Part shown: positions 14,151 to 56,900 of the stretch, in pieces
Position numbering within the stretch: the stretch's first letter is position 1
Layout: the number at the start of each line of letters is the position of its first letter
NCBI GenBank assembly: GCA_002269645.1
Contig: NIVC01002249.1
Coordinates: 62,001 to 126,000, forward strand
Length of the DNA stretch: 64,000 nucleotides
Direction of reading: 5' to 3'
From: Macrostomum lignano
Lineage: Eukaryota
The notes under the pieces: model-generated
Database searches by the model: none
Seen by the model: the letters and a program-made list of their open reading frames with translations, nothing else
Told to the model about the DNA's origin: nothing
Program-made: the position numbers and the translations under genes

Positions 14151-15089
14151 AGGCAGAGAGACTGATGAAAGACCTCTAACTGTCACCTCACAAAAGGATT
14201 ATGAGGGGATTAAAGGCACACGGCAGTTAGCTATGCCCCGCGGGGCCCAGGAGCAGCCATAGACTGGGTGCTGCTCTGCTCTCCATTGTGTCCGGGGCAG
14301 AGCGGACACTCGCTGGCCTCACACCCTGCGACCTCCTGGCACGGGAAGTGGCTGGCACGGCCAGCCCCATACTTTTTTGGCAGAGCTGCAAGGTGCGACC
14401 ACTGAGCAGGGCCGCTTCTCCAAGTGTCGGGATTCAATTTCTAAGAATCTCGCTCTCCATCTCTTAGAGACGCAGCCGGCTCCTCCATCGCCCACTCCAG
14501 CCTCCCAAGGAGTCGCCCTTTATCGGCCTCTCTTCTCTGATTGACAGGGGGCGGTGAGGGGAATAAAGTGGGCTACTAGATGAGAGGGGCTTTCGTTCCC
14601 AGAATCTCCAACGCCTGCCAGGCTCCCCACTGCGAGTTAAAAAATCCCCTCATCGGGATCTCGGTTTCGTGAAACGATTCGAAATTCTGTTTACAATTAG
14701 CGAGGCCAAATCAAGATTATGGACAATTAAAAAGTTTTTTACAATCAATAGTAAATTTCGTTTACGAACATATAAAATATTTCCCCAAAAATTGTTGCCA
14801 TAAACTAGAACTAATAAACTCATTTTTAAAAAATTGCGTTTGAAGCAAATTACGATGCTTTTCTCTGACCGATTGACTGACTGACTGACTGACTTCTTCT
14901 ATTAGCGGAGAAATCAGAGAGAGCGAGAGCCGCCATTTCCGGGTGTGCCGGTGTGCCTAGTTGCCGCCCAACCACCACCAGGGTGACGGCGGATTCTGAA
15001 ATTGGAAGTTGGGAAGTTCGCACCTTTCCTGAAGTCCCCCAGCCCCCTCCCCCACCCCCACTTTGCCGGGACAGATTTAATAGACGAAC

Positions 15090-15157
15090 GAATCTGATTG
15101 GCTGGCCCGGGCAGCCAATGAGAGAGCTTCCCTGGCCTGCATAATAGTTATATAGAT
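15090..15157 (+). promoter_or_regulatory. Possible promoter: opposed CCAAT boxes (ATTGG ~15097, CCAAT ~15115) and a TATA-like TTATATAG ~15148
   Basis: Motifs lie about 200 bp upstream of the anosmin ATG. Motif match only. Confidence 0.3.
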
Positions 15158-15357
15158 TTTTATCAGCGCTTTAAAAGAGAGCTGTGAAATTCCGGCAAGG
15201 GTTGCCATCTGCTGGTTGAAATGGTTTACCGATTCATGTTAGCGCATTCTTGACTCCTGCATGCTATGCCGGCAACATCTAATTAGGCATTTATTAATAC
15301 GATAAATTAATTAATAATTTATTGCCGAATTGAACAAGCAGCACCAGCTTGCGAGTT

Positions 15358-43589
<28,232 letters not shown>

Positions 43590-43759
43590 AGACGTCACCG
43601 CGCATCCAGCCGCTGCCCGACATCAACTCTTCCGCATTAAAAATTAAACTTCATGCACTGAATGCGAAACTGTCAATACGCTTGTACAAAAGAGACTTGG
43701 CTCAGGCTTCAGAATCTGGAGAGGGAATTCGAGGAGAAGTCGTTTTAAGTCGTTTTTAG

Positions 43760-44245
43760 GGCCGATTCTCATGACATCTTAGGGCCAGTTCTCATGACAT
43801 CTTAGGGCCAGTTCTCATGACATCTTAGGGCCAGTTCTCATGACATCTTAAGGCCGATTCTCATGACATCTTAGGGCCGATTCTCATGAAATCTTAGGGC
43901 CGATTCTCAGGACATCTTAGGGCCAGTTCTCATCACATCTTAGGGCCGATTCTCATGACATCTTAGGGCCGGTTCTCATGACATCTTAGGGCCAGTTCTC
44001 ATGACATCTTAGGGCCGATTCTCATGACATCTTAGGGCCAGTTCTCATGACATCTTAGGGCCGATTCTCATGACATCTTAGGGCCAGTTCTCATGACATC
44101 TTAGGGCCAGTTCTCATGACATCTTAGGGCCGATTCTCATGACATCTTAGGGCCAGTTCTCATGACATCTTAGGGCCAGTTCTCATGACATCTTAGGGCC
44201 AGTTCTCATGACATCTTAGGGCCAGTTCTCATGACATCTTAGGGA
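43760..44245. repeat. 23-bp minisatellite TTAGGGCCAGTTCTCATGACATC downstream of ANOS1
   Basis: Direct reading, ~21 copies. Confidence 0.96.
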
Positions 44246-44989
44246 CGATTCGAAAATGATTCATGTACTGTAAGGTATTCTCTAGGAAGCTGGCGAGCCT
44301 GGGCCAATCCATAAATCATATCTGATTTCTGATAAACACGCAACCAACCTACCCGGCATTTAGACTGGCAATAAAAACTGTCACGCCACCCCTTGAACAG
44401 GTGGATCATAACCCACATGTACAGCAATAATCAGCGAACTCGATCAGCCTACACCTGTATCCATGCCTAAACTACCATAGCCGCTATACTTCCGTTGGAC
44501 ATCTGTGATTTTATTTTCAAGTTTCGATGATGGAGGCGTCTGAAAATGTTTTTTTTGGCACCCCACTTGGCTCAAATATCGTGCTCACAATCTAGCAGTG
44601 CTGTGTAACATTGACTTGACAAGTACATGTATGTTTTTGTTGTTTGACTGCGAATATGGCTAAGATGGAAAATAGTGATTCTTGCGATCCGTTGCTTATC
44701 CTCTCGTCACTCTATACAAACTCTAACTCTACATGTAGTTAGTGTACTGCACTATTTAATTAAAAATACTAAATATACTATTAACTCCAAACAATGCACA
44801 TTTTTTCAATGCACCTACGTTTCTGCAACTTTGGCGTTACGAGCTAAAGCAATATGATTGCCAATGCGCGGTTTGATATTTGATTTATTGATTTGCCATG
44901 CGAGCATGCAAGTAGGGTTAGCGCTGTTACACCAGCCTCATCTTTGACGTATCCTCAAACTCGGCCCCACCTACCCCGAAATCGGCCTC

Positions 44990-45950
44990 AACTACCCCGA
45001 ACTCGGCCTCACCTATCCCCTAATTCGGCCTCATCATCCCTCATCAATAAGCCTCATCAAACTCCTTAATCAACCAGCCTTATCAACTTTCAGTCAGCTT
45101 CATAACCCCTAAAAATCAGCCTCAGCACCTCTCAGAAACTCGGCACCCCTCATTAACCTTCATAAATCAGCTTCATCAACCCATTTGTAGGTCAACCGTA
45201 AAAATCAGCCTCATCAATCAACCCTAAAAATCAGGGCTTCATCAGCCCAAACAATTAGCCTCATTACCCCCTCCAAAAATCAGCCTCATCACCCCTGATA
45301 AATCAGCCTCATCACCCCTCATAAATCACCCTTATCAACTCTCCATATATCAGTCCCATCACCCCCCATACAGGCCTAATCAACCCTTCATAAATCAGCC
45401 TCATCAGCCCTATGACTCCTCATCAAACAGCCTCATGACCCCTCATAAATCAGCCTCATCACCCCTCCAAAAAATCAGCCTCATCACCGCTCATAAATCA
45501 GCCTCATTAGCCCTAATAAATCAGCCTGATCACCCCCTCATAAATCAGCCTCATAATCCCTCATCAATCAGCCTCATCACCCCTCATCAATCAGCCTCAT
45601 AACCCCTCATCAATCAGCCTCATCATCTCTCATCAATCAGCCTCATGACCCCTAATAAATCAGCTTCATCACCCCATCCAAAAATCAGCCTCATCACCCC
45701 ATCAAAAAATCAGCCTCATCACCCCTCATAAATCAGCCTCATCACCCCATCCAAAAATCAGCCTCATCACCCCTAATCAATCAGCCTCATCACCCCTCAT
45801 AAATCAGCCTTATCACCCCTCATAAATCAGCCTCATCACCCCTCATCAATCAGCCTCATCACCCCTCATAAATCAGCCTTATCACCCCTCATAAATCAGC
45901 CTTATCACCCCTCATAAATCAGCCTTATCGCCCGTCCAAAAATCAGCGTC
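44990..45950. repeat. Degenerate 22-23-bp repeat AATCAGCCTCATCACCCCTCATA
   Basis: Direct reading; more degenerate at the left end. Confidence 0.9.
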
Positions 45951-46701
45951 AAAAACAGAGGCATAAAAATAACTAAGGAACAAGACAAAAGTGCTCAGCC
46001 AAGCGCCAATTTCAATCCACTCAGGGAATTCAAACAGGCCCGGGAAAATTCAGTGAAAAATTTCCCACGTGAAACAAGTTGCACTGAATCATAGCATTTT
46101 GCTGTTTCTGCTGCTGTCCAATATCTGTGTAATTAAAAATTGATAATTATTGATTGGCTTCAAGCAAGCTGAGACCAACGAAAGCAAGAAATGAGTTTGA
46201 GTAACATAGTTTTGCGGTAGAAAAAGTACAGTAGTCAGAGTCTGTGTAGGCGGAGATATCAAGCGTTACAAAGGAAAAAAACAACTGTTACATCCCAACA
46301 ATAGACAGAAATTCCCAAGCTTACTAACAGTAGAATATACGAGCATATCTGCAGCTGAATAACAGGTTAGAAAGTTAATTTTAATAATAAACTTGGGCGA
46401 GTGAAAAACTCACTACTTGCGAGTAGTAGCTAAGCTGGAAAATTGAAACACAGTAAGTATAATATTGCTTTAAAGCCACTTATAGTCATAGAGATGTTGC
46501 CAAACTAGATGTCGGTAAATTAATTAACAAACTGAGAATAGACAGCTCACTTGTACTACTTGCTAGCTAAGTAGTATAACACACATTTTGATAGTCACCC
46601 TATATATGCTGTGAGCTATCCAGTCTATCTGATCACCAAACACACACAACCCGCTGCTGTCAAAATGGAACCCGAGGATCATAAATCAATCACTCGGCAG
46701 T

Positions 46702-49700
46702 CTAGCACGGTCGGCCCATGCCGCGGCCCGGCTTCACCGGCTTGTTCTCATTGGGCAGGGTGCTGGAGCTGGCCGGATTCTTCACAGTCTCGTCAACGCT
46801 GAGCATGCTGCAGGCGGCCTCGGAGGCGGCCACAATGGCATTGGCCTTCACCAGGGCCGGCTCCCACACGCAGGCGGTGAAATTGTCGGCAACGTCCTCG
46901 CGCTGGATGTCGACGCCGGCCCACAGGTCGCCGTTGGCGTGCCGGTTGCGCAGCTTGTTGAGCACGAAGGTGGCGTCGAAGCCGGCGTTGTCGCACAGCT
47001 GGCGGGGAATGAGCTCGAATGCCTTGGCCATGGCGCCAATCAGCAGCTGCTGCTTGCTGGTGACATTGCGCGAGTGCTGGCGCAGGTGGTAGCTCAGCTC
47101 CATGTCGATGGCGCCGCCGCCGGCCACCACCGAGTCGTTTTTCCTGGCCCGGCGCACAATCATGATGGCGTCGTGCAGGGATCGCTCGGTCTCCTCCATG
47201 AACTGTTCGGCACCGCCGCGGAGCACAATAGTGCAGGTTCGAGCTCGGGGACACCCGGTGAACAGGTTGTACCTGTCGGCACCGATCTGTACCTCTTCGA
47301 ATAGTTCGCAGGTGCCCAGCGTGGCGTCGGTCAGGCCAACAACGGTGGTGTGGATGCGGCCACCGCAGGCCTTCTGAGTCCGGCGGAGGTCCTCCTCGGG
47401 CACGCGGCCGGCGCAGAACATGTCGCGGTCGGCGCACCACTGGGTGGCCACGTCGCCAATAGGCAGCTTGGATAGCACAATTTTCACTCCGGCTTTGTGC
47501 AGCGTGACCAGCTTGTCGTATAGTATGTTCCACTCGGTGTCCACCACCTGCGAAAGTATTTATAAAGTGTCTTCTAAACATGTCGGTATAGGGACTAGTT
47601 TTAATAAATTATATAGATATGGCACTCCTCTTCACGTCATTTATTGAGAAATTATAAACCAATTCACCTGGCCACTTTATTCTTTATCATTGTATCTGTG
47701 GTCCCCGCTTTGTCGGTTTTTAGTTCTTTTTGACACATATCGGTAATCAACCCAGTATATAGAAAATGCTCCATTCAGAGATCTCCACAATAAGAATACT
47801 TCCTCGTATCAGTTAACTAAACTACTATGTAGAACATAGAAAGTTAGTTATATAAAAAATTAAATTTGGTCACATTGAGAATCGAACCCAGGACCTTAGA
47901 AACAGATAAAAGTACATGCGAGTGAAGCAAACTCACCTTCTGGTACTCTTCGACGCTCTTAACTCGAACTTCGGCATTTTCGCGCTCGGCTCGCAGCTCG
48001 AGTTCAATGTTGAGCAGGGCAATCTTCGGGTTGGCATATTTCTTTGGCTGCATCTCGAAGCCGGCGTAGCTGAACGTCTTCTTGAAGGCGACGCCCGACA
48101 CCAGTCGGGTGTCCTCCAGGGCACCGCCGGCAACCTTCTTGATGCCGATCATGTCAAGTGGCAGCAGCTCGTCAAGCAGCATCACAGCGTCTACCACCAG
48201 CTTGCTGAAGAACTCCTTCTGGTGGGCCACCAGCTTGGAGTTCAGGGCAGTGGTCGCGCACTTCTCCAGCAGGCTGCGGACCTGGCTGTAGTGGGATTTG
48301 GAATTCTGAGTTATGGGATTAGGATTCTGAGTTGTGGGATTGGGATTTTTAGTTGTGGGATTAGGATTCTTACTTGTGGGATCGGAATTTTTAGTTGTGA
48401 GATTGGAATTCTCAGTTGTGGGATTGGGATTCTCAGTTCTGGGATTGGAATTCTCAGTTGTGGGATTGGAATTCTCAGTTGTGGGATTGGAATTCTCAGT
48501 TGTGAGATTGGAATTCTCAGTTGTGGGATTGGGATTCTCAGTTCTGGGATTGGGATTCTCAGTTGTGAGATTGGAATTCTCAGTTGTGGGATTGGGATTC
48601 TCAGTTCTGGGATTGGAATTCTCAGTTGTGGGATTGGAATTCTCAGTTGTGGGATTGGAATTCTCAGTTGTGGGATTGGAATTCTCAGTTGTGGATTTGG
48701 AATTCTCAGTTGTGGGATTGGAATTCTCAGTTGTGGGATTGGAATTCTCAGTTGTGGGATTGGGATTCTCAGTTGTGGGATTGGGATTCTCAGTTGTGGG
48801 ATTGGGATTCTCAGTTGTGGGATTGGAATTCTCAGTTGTGGGATTGGGATTCTCAGTTGTGGGATTGGGATTCTCAGTTGTGGGATTGGGATTCTCAGTT
48901 GTGGGATTGGAATTCTCAGTTGTGAGATTGGGACTCTCAGTTGTGGGATTGGGATTCTCAGTTGTGGGATTAGAATTTTTAGTTGTGGGATTGGGACTCT
49001 CAGTTGTGGGATTGGGATTCTCAGTTGTGGGATTAGAATTTTTAGTTGTGAGATTGGGATTCTCAGTTGTGGGATTGGGATTCTCAGTTGTGGGATTGGG
49101 ATTCTCAGTTGTGAGATTGGGATTCTCAGTTCTGGGATTGGGATTCTCAGTTGTGGGATTGGGATTCTCAGTTGTGAGATTGGAATTCTCAGTTGTGGGA
49201 TTGGGATTCTCAGTTCTGGGATTGGGATTCTCAGTTGTGAGATTGGAATTCTCAGTTGTGGGATTGGGATTCTCAGTTCTGGGATTGGAATTCTCAGTTG
49301 TGGGATTGGGATTCTCAGTTGTGGGATTGGAATTCTCAGTTGTGGGATTGGAATTCTCAGTTGTGGGATTGGGATTCTCAGTTGTGGGATTGGGATTCTC
49401 AGTTGTGGGATTGGAATTCTCAGTTGTGGGATTGGGATTCTCAGTTGTGGGATTGGGATTCTCAGTTGTGGGATTGGGATTCTCAGTTGTGGGATTGGGA
49501 CTCTCAGTTGTGGGATTGGGATTCTCAGTTGTGGGATTGGGATTCTCAGTTGTGGGATTAGAATTTTTAGTTGTGGGATTGGGACTCTCAGTTGTGGGAT
49601 TGGGATTCTCAGTTGTGGGATTAGAATTTTTAGTTGTGAGATTGGGATTCTCAGTTGTGGGATTGGGATTCTCAGTTGTGGGATTGGGACTCTCAGTTGT

Positions 49701-51018
49701 GGGATTGGAATTTTCAGTTGTGGGATTGGGATTCTCAGTTCTGGGATTGGGATTCTCAGTTGTGAGATTGGAATTCTCAGTTGTGGGATTGGGATTCTCA
49801 GTTCTGGGATTGGGATTCTCAGTTGTGAGATTGGAATTCTCAGTTGTGGGATTGGGATTCTCAGTTGTGGGATTGGGATTCTCAGTTGTGGGATTGGGAT
49901 TCTCAGTTCTGGGATTGGAATTCTCAGTTGTGGGATTGGGATTCTCAGTTGTGGGATTGGGATTCTCAGTTGTGGGATTGGAATTCTCAGTTGTGGGATT
50001 GGGACTCTCAGTTGTGGGATTGGGACTCTCAGTTGTGGGATTGGGATTCTCAGTTGTGGGATTAGAATTTTTAGTTGTGGGATTGGGACTCTCAGTTGTG
50101 GGATTGGGATTCTCAGTTGTGGGATTGGGACTCTCAGTTGTGGGATTGGGATTCTCAGTTGTGGGATTAGAATTTTTAGTTGTGGGATTGGGATTCTCAG
50201 TTGTGGGATTGGAATTCTCAGTTGTGGGATTGGGACTCTCAGTTGTGGGATTGGAATTTTCAGTTGTGGGATTGGGATTCTCAGTTGTGGGATTGGAATT
50301 TTTAGTTGTGGGATTGGGATTCTCAGTTGTGGGATTGGGACTCTCAGTTGTGGGATTGGAATTTTCAGTTGTGGGATTGGGATTCTCAGTTGTGGGATTG
50401 GAATTTTTATTTGTGGGATTGGGATTCTCAGTTGTGGGATTGGGATTCTCAGTTGTGGGATTGGAATTCTCAGTTGTGGGATTGGGATTCTCAGTTGTGG
50501 GATTGGGATTCTCAGTTGTGGGTTCGTGATTTTTAGTAGTGGGAGTTCAGAGTTCAGACTCACGCAGGATCGTCCTTAGCGATCTTAACGGCGATCTCAT
50601 CCAGCCGGTCCAGAGCCAGCTGGGTGCCCCTGCGCAGGGCGTGGATCACCACCCTGGGGTGGACGCCCTCCTCTAGGAACGGCTTCATCTGGCGAAGGAA
50701 CTCGCAGGCCAGAATCACTACGCTGGTTGTACCGTCGCCAACTTGAGCATCCTGCGATTTGGCGATGTCAACCAGGATTCTAGCGGCCGGGTGTACAACG
50801 TTGAGCAGCTTCAAGATGGTGGCGCCATCGTTGGAGATGGTGGCCTTCTTGCGGTCGTCGATGATCAGTTTGTCCATGCCGCGGGGCCCCAGGGTGGTGC
50901 GCACGGCCTCGGCTATGGCCTGGCAGGCGTTGATGTTGGAGATGATCTGCGGCAGGCCCTGCGAGGAGTCGGTGCCCTCCTTCAGCAGGATGATTCTGGG
51001 CTGGATTTGCTGAGTCAT
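46702..51018 (-). CDS. CCT7: T-complex protein 1 subunit eta (549 aa); exons 51018-50564, 48285-47937, 47547-46702
   Basis: [30 protein letters not shown]...TLGPRGMDK...GDGTTSV...[28 protein letters not shown]...DWNIL-type segment, LPIGDVATQ...[11 protein letters not shown]...WEPA. GT-AG junctions in phases 2 and 0; 1650 nt. Confidence 0.96.
48290..50545. repeat. 21-bp minisatellite GTTGTGGGATTGGGATTCTCA (~107 copies) making up almost all of CCT7 intron 1 (50563-48286)
   Basis: Direct reading. Confidence 0.98.
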
Positions 51019-51249
51019 GATGATGATAATAAGCTGTTAACTATTGAGTTCCGGTTTTGCAGTTGAAATTTACTTGCTTGCTTTTGCATGCAGTAAGAAA
51101 ATAGAGCAGAGATGGAGTTACTATGGTGCTTGGGATATAATACGAACTGCCGTTTCGTCTATGGCACTAACTGAAAATCGACTCTGAACTCGAAATGCAG
51201 GCATCAGCGACACTCGTCCATATGCTGCTCAAATTCTCACCTGCAGACT

Positions 51250-53520
51250 GATCGTAACCTCACCTACTGACTGATCAAGATCTCAATTACTAATAAAAAT
51301 CTCACCTACTGATAAAAATCTCACCTACTGATCAAAATCTCACTTACTGATCTAAATCTCATCTACTGATCAAAATCTTACCTACTGATAAATCTCACCT
51401 ACTGATCAAAATCTCACCCACAGACTGATCAAGATTTCACCTACACCTACAGACTGAGCAAAATCTCACCTACTGATCAAAATCTCACCCACAGACTGAT
51501 CAAGATTTCACCTACACCTACAGACTGAGCAAAATCTCACCTACTGATCAAAATCTCACCCACAGACTGATCAAGATTTCACCTACACCTACAGACTGAG
51601 CAAAATCTCACCTACTTATCAAAATCTCACCCACAGACTGATCAAGATTTCACCTACACCTACAGACTGAGCAAAATCTCACCTACTGATAAAAATCTCA
51701 CCCACAGACTGATCAAGATTTCACCTACAACTACAGACTGAGCAAAGTCTAACCTGCTGATAAAAATCTCACCCACAGACTGATCAAGATCTCACCTACT
51801 GATTAAAATCTCACCTACTGATTAAAATCTCACCTACTGATCAAAATCTCACCTACAGATTGATCAAAACCCCACCTACAGCTACAGACTGATCAAAACC
51901 TCACCTACATACTGATCATAAATCTCACCTACAGACTGATCATAAACCTCACCTACAGACTAATTAAAATCTCACCTACAGACTGATCAAAATCTCACCT
52001 ACACCTACAGACTGATCAAAACCCCACCTACAGCTACAGACTGATCAAAACCTCACCTACAGACTAATCAAAACCTCACCTACAGACTGATCAAAATCTC
52101 ACCTGCAGACTGATCAAGATCTCACTTACTGATTAAAATCTCATCTACTGATTAAAATCTCACCTACTGATCAAAATCTCACCTACAGATTGATCAAAAC
52201 CCCACCTACAGCTACAGACTGATCAAAACCTCACCTACAGACTGATCAAAATCTCACCTACAGACTGATCATAAATCTTCACCTACAGACTGATCATAAA
52301 TCTCACCTACAGACTGATCAAAATCTCACCTACAGACTGATCAAAATCTCACCTACAGACTGATCAAAATCTCACCTACAGATTGATCAAAATCTCACTT
52401 GCAGACTGATCAAAATCTCACCTACAGACTGATCAAAATCTCACCTACAGATTGATCAAAATCTCACTTGCAGACTGATCAAAATCTCACCTACAGACTG
52501 ATCAAAATCTCACCTACAGACTGATCAAAATCTCACCTACAGACTGATCAAAATCTCACCTACAGATTGATCAAAATCTCACTTGCAGACTAATCAAAAT
52601 CTTACCTACAGACTGATCAAAATCTCACCTACAGACTGATCAAAATCTCACCTACAGACTGATCAAAATCTCACTTGCAGACTAATCATAAATCTCACCT
52701 ACAGACTAATCATAAATCTCACATACAGACTGATCAAAATCTCACCTACAGACAGATCAAAATCTCACCTACAGACTGATCAAAACCCCACTTACAGCTA
52801 CAGATTGATCATAACCTCACCTACAGACTGATCATAAATCTCACCTACAGACTGATCAAGATCTCACCTACAGATTGATCATAAATCTCACCTACAGATT
52901 GATCATAAATCTCACCTACAGATTGATCATAAATCTCACCTACAGATTGATCATAAATCTCACCTACAGATTGATCATAAATCTCACCTACAGATTGATC
53001 ATAAATCTCACCTACAGATTGATCATAAATCTCACCTACAGACTGATCATAAATCTCACCTACAGATTGATCATAAATCTCACCTACAGACTGATCAAAA
53101 TCTCACCTACAGACTGATCATAAATCTCACCTACAGACTGATCAAAATCTCACCTACAGACTGATCATAAATCTCACCTACAGACTGATCAAAATCTCAC
53201 CTACAGATTGATCATAAATCTCACCTACAGACTGATCAAAATCTCACCTACAGACTGATCATAAATCTCACCTACAGACTGATCAAAATCTCACCTACAG
53301 ACTGATCATAAATCTCACCTACAGACTGATCAAAATCTCACCTACAGACTGATCATAAATCTCACCTACAGACTGATCATAAATCTCACCTACAGACTGA
53401 TCATAAATCTCACCTACAGACTGATCAAAATCTCACCTACAGACTGATCATAAATCTCACCTACAGACTGATCATAAATCTCACCTACAGACTGATCAAA
53501 ATCTCACCTACAGACTGAAC
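51250..53520. repeat. 23/24-bp minisatellite CTCACCTACAGACTGATCA(T)AAAT between SPAG1 and CCT7
   Basis: Direct reading; degenerate at the left, homogeneous at the right. Confidence 0.96.
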
Positions 53521-53909
53521 AAGATCGTAACTATACGAGCGCGCACTTATCTCTACTAAAAACTATTAAACTTCTAACTAAAACTATTGAAAATAAACGA
53601 AAAATCAGAATACCAACATTTGCATTGTATCAAAAAACGTAGCACAGCGTTACACATATCCAGTAAACTTGTATGCAGGAATTAGTGAGGCATTATAAAA
53701 CCGCTATTTTTCACCACCATAACCTTGTGGACGGAAAAGAATATAAGAAAGTCACAAATTTAAGAAGCAAGAAACGCGTCTACACTACTCAAAGTAGCTT
53801 GAAGGGAAATTATTATTAAATGATGAGACACAAAACTAGCAGAAAAAGTTCAGTGCAACATCGTGTAGAAAAAAGGGGAAATTGAGCTCAAAACAGCATC
53901 CGAGCTGCA

Positions 53910-56900
53910 TCACAGTTTGTAGGCCGTTTTCAACGCGCGCATCTCGTCTGGGCTGAGAGCGCCCAGCGACTCCAGCTTAGCGGCTGTGGCCGACAAATCT
54001 GAAAATACATTGGATTAATAAAGATTATCAAGCTGATCAGCAGGACACAATCAAGCTGAACAACAGACACAATCAAGCTGAACAACAGACACAATCAAGC
54101 TGAACAACAGACACAATCAAGCTGAACAACAGACACAATCAAGCTGAACAACAGACACAATTAAGCTGATCAACAACAGACACAATCAAGCTGAACAACA
54201 GACACAATCAAGCTGATCAACAGACACAATCAAGCTGATCAACAGACACAATCAAGCTGATCAACAGACACAATCAAGCTGAACAACAGACACAATTAAG
54301 CTGATCAACAACAGACACAATCAAGCTGAACAACAGACACAATCAAGCTGATCAACAGACACAATCAAGCTGATCAACAGACACAATCAAGCTGATAAAC
54401 AGACACAATCAAGCTGATCAACAGACACAATCAAGCTGAACAACAGACACAATTAAGCTGATCAACAACAGACACAATCAAGCTGAACAACAGACACAAT
54501 CAAGCTGATCAACAGACACAATTAAGCTGATCAACAGACACAATCAAGCTGATCAACAACAGACACAATTAAGCTGATCAACAACAGACACAATCAAGCT
54601 GAACAACAGACACAATTAAGCTGATCAACAGACACAATCAAGCTGATCAACAGACACAATTAAGCTGATCAACAGACACAATCAAGCTGATCAACAACAG
54701 ACACAATCAAGCTGAACAACAGGACACAATCAAGCTGAACAACAGACACAATCAAGCTGATCAGAGACAAACCAGAAGCGCAGACAATCAGCACAAAGCC
54801 CAAGCCACTGACCGGCCTTCTCCTTGGCATCCAGGAACATGACGACAAAGTCGAATCGTTCAGCGCCGGGCAGGCTGAGCAGCACGTTGGCGCCGGCGCG
54901 AGCGTCTCGCTCGGCCAGGCGGTCCCTGACGGCGGCCACAATCTGCGCCAGCATGAGGCCGTCCAGCTTATTAGACAGCAAACGCGGCAGACGGCTGCAC
55001 TCGATGGCGGTCAGCATGTCGGCGTGAATTGCCGAGGCCGGCTGGCTAGGAGAAGAAGACCGAGCTGCGGACAGCCAGGCCTGAGTGAACTCGAACGGGC
55101 TGCAGTCTGGGCGAACAGAGACCGAAGGCTTGTCGCCGACTGGCTCCGGAAATTGCAAACGCGGTGACGCGACGGTCGTTTTGTCGGTGGACGATACGCT
55201 TGTCTTAGTAGCCGATGTACTCTTTACAGGTTCGGTAGTACTTTTGTCGGCAACTGGTGCACTTTTATTTGACTCTGCTGTACTTTTGATAGCAGCCGAT
55301 GTTGTAGTAGTTTCGTTTGTACTTTTAGCAAGTACAGCTGCACTATTATCAGCAGCCGGTGTAATTTTATTCGACTCGGGTGTACTTTTTTCAGCAGCAG
55401 ATACATCGGCAACAAGAGTACTATTATTGGAGTCTACTGTACTTTTATCGGTAGCTGTTGTACTTATTTCGGGTGTCGCCTCCCGCGCACCAGCGGCAGT
55501 CAGCCTCGACTCGGTCACAACTCCATCAACCTCGCGAACAACGGCCACATCCGCAGCGTCTTGTCCAGCTTCTTCTTCATCGTCATCTTCGTCTTCAACT
55601 TCTTCAACAAGAACTCGCCTGCCCGCGGATTTACGCATAGCCGATTCAACCTCGGCAATCTCCTTAGCAATCTGCTTATTGAGCGGATCGAACGATTTGG
55701 CCAGATTGAAATCCAGCAGGCTCTCCCGATAGAAGCCGAGCATTTTGCGGGCAACGCCGCGCCTGAAAATTGCTTTCATATTGTTGGGCTCGAGTTCCAA
55801 CGCCATGTTGCACTCGTACACGGCGTCGTTAGGCTGGTCGAGTTTGATGTAACAGACGGCTCTGTTGGTGTAGGACACCGGGTCATTGGGCCGCAGCTCG
55901 CTGCATTTGTCGTAAAGCTTCACGGCACGGGCATAGTTGCCCGCTTTGAATAGCTGGTTGCCGGCCTCTTTAGCCGCGTCAAATTCGTCTGCCGGAGGCT
56001 GGGCCGGCGCCGCTTCATCCTGGGCAGCTGCCGCTTTCTTGTTGCTGGATTTTTTACCGGACTTCTTCTTGGATTTTTCTTTATTAGTCGAGTTGGCTGC
56101 TTCTGCGGCTTTCTCTTGCTGCTGAGGTTGCTCAACAGTGCTACTGTTGCTGGGGGGAATACAGGTGGACAATGGATCCTTCATCACTGGCGGGCTGGCT
56201 TGCTCAGTCTCAACTTGACTATTCGAAGACTGCACAGTCGAGCAGCTCCCGCCAGCAGCAGCTTGATGGCGCCCGTTCAGAGCGTTGCTGACTGGACCAT
56301 TAGCTTCTAATCCAGCATTATTGTCGTCTTCATCATCCTCTTCCGAGCTGCCAACCTCCTCGATAACCATTCGCTTGGCCGAGGCGGAGGTCTTGCCCCG
56401 CTTAGCCAGTTCAGCATCCAGTTCGGACAGCAGAGCGGAGCCGGCCGCACTGCCGGGGTCCAGGCGTAGCAGGCGCTCCAAGTCTGCGCGGGCGTCAACA
56501 ATTCGATGAATTTTTTGATAGGCGGTGGCCCGGCGCAGCAGCGCTTTGACGTTGTCTGGCTCGGCTTTGAGCACGCGGCCGCAGTCTTTTACGCAGGCGG
56601 TGTACTTTTGCAGTTTTAGATCTGTAATAATGATAGTAATGCATCGGTAAACCATTGACATCTCAGCATTTTCCAAATGCCAGCTCGGAAACTTTCCGCA
56701 AACTTAAATCAGACTACTGACAGTAGAAATATGCAAAAATTACGACAAAAAATTAAAAAAAACAATCGAAAAACTCACAAGCGAAAGCTCTATTATTGTA
56801 GGCAGCCGGCAGTGGGCTGGCAGACACGCTCCGGCTATAGTACAGGGCCGCCTCTTCGTAATCGCCCGATCGGAACGCTTCGTTGCCCTTTGCTTTCTCC

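Noticed and set aside
13029-14262. Poly-QA, poly-TG, poly-HR and poly-CL ORFs
   Set aside because: Hexamer satellite open in all six frames; no splice context or unique coding sequence.
43760-44245. Interstitial telomere (TTAGGG in every unit)
   Set aside because: One hexamer per 23-bp unit, not tandem TTAGGG; compatible with chance.
46718-47581. Antisense or alternative-frame ORFs over CCT7, SPAG1, FLOT1 and ANOS1 exons
   Set aside because: Shadow ORFs expected from GC-rich codon usage.
47916-50579. Long ORFs of 887, 750 and 731 aa
   Set aside because: Translations of the 21-bp intronic minisatellite; open only because the unit is a multiple of 3 and lacks stops.
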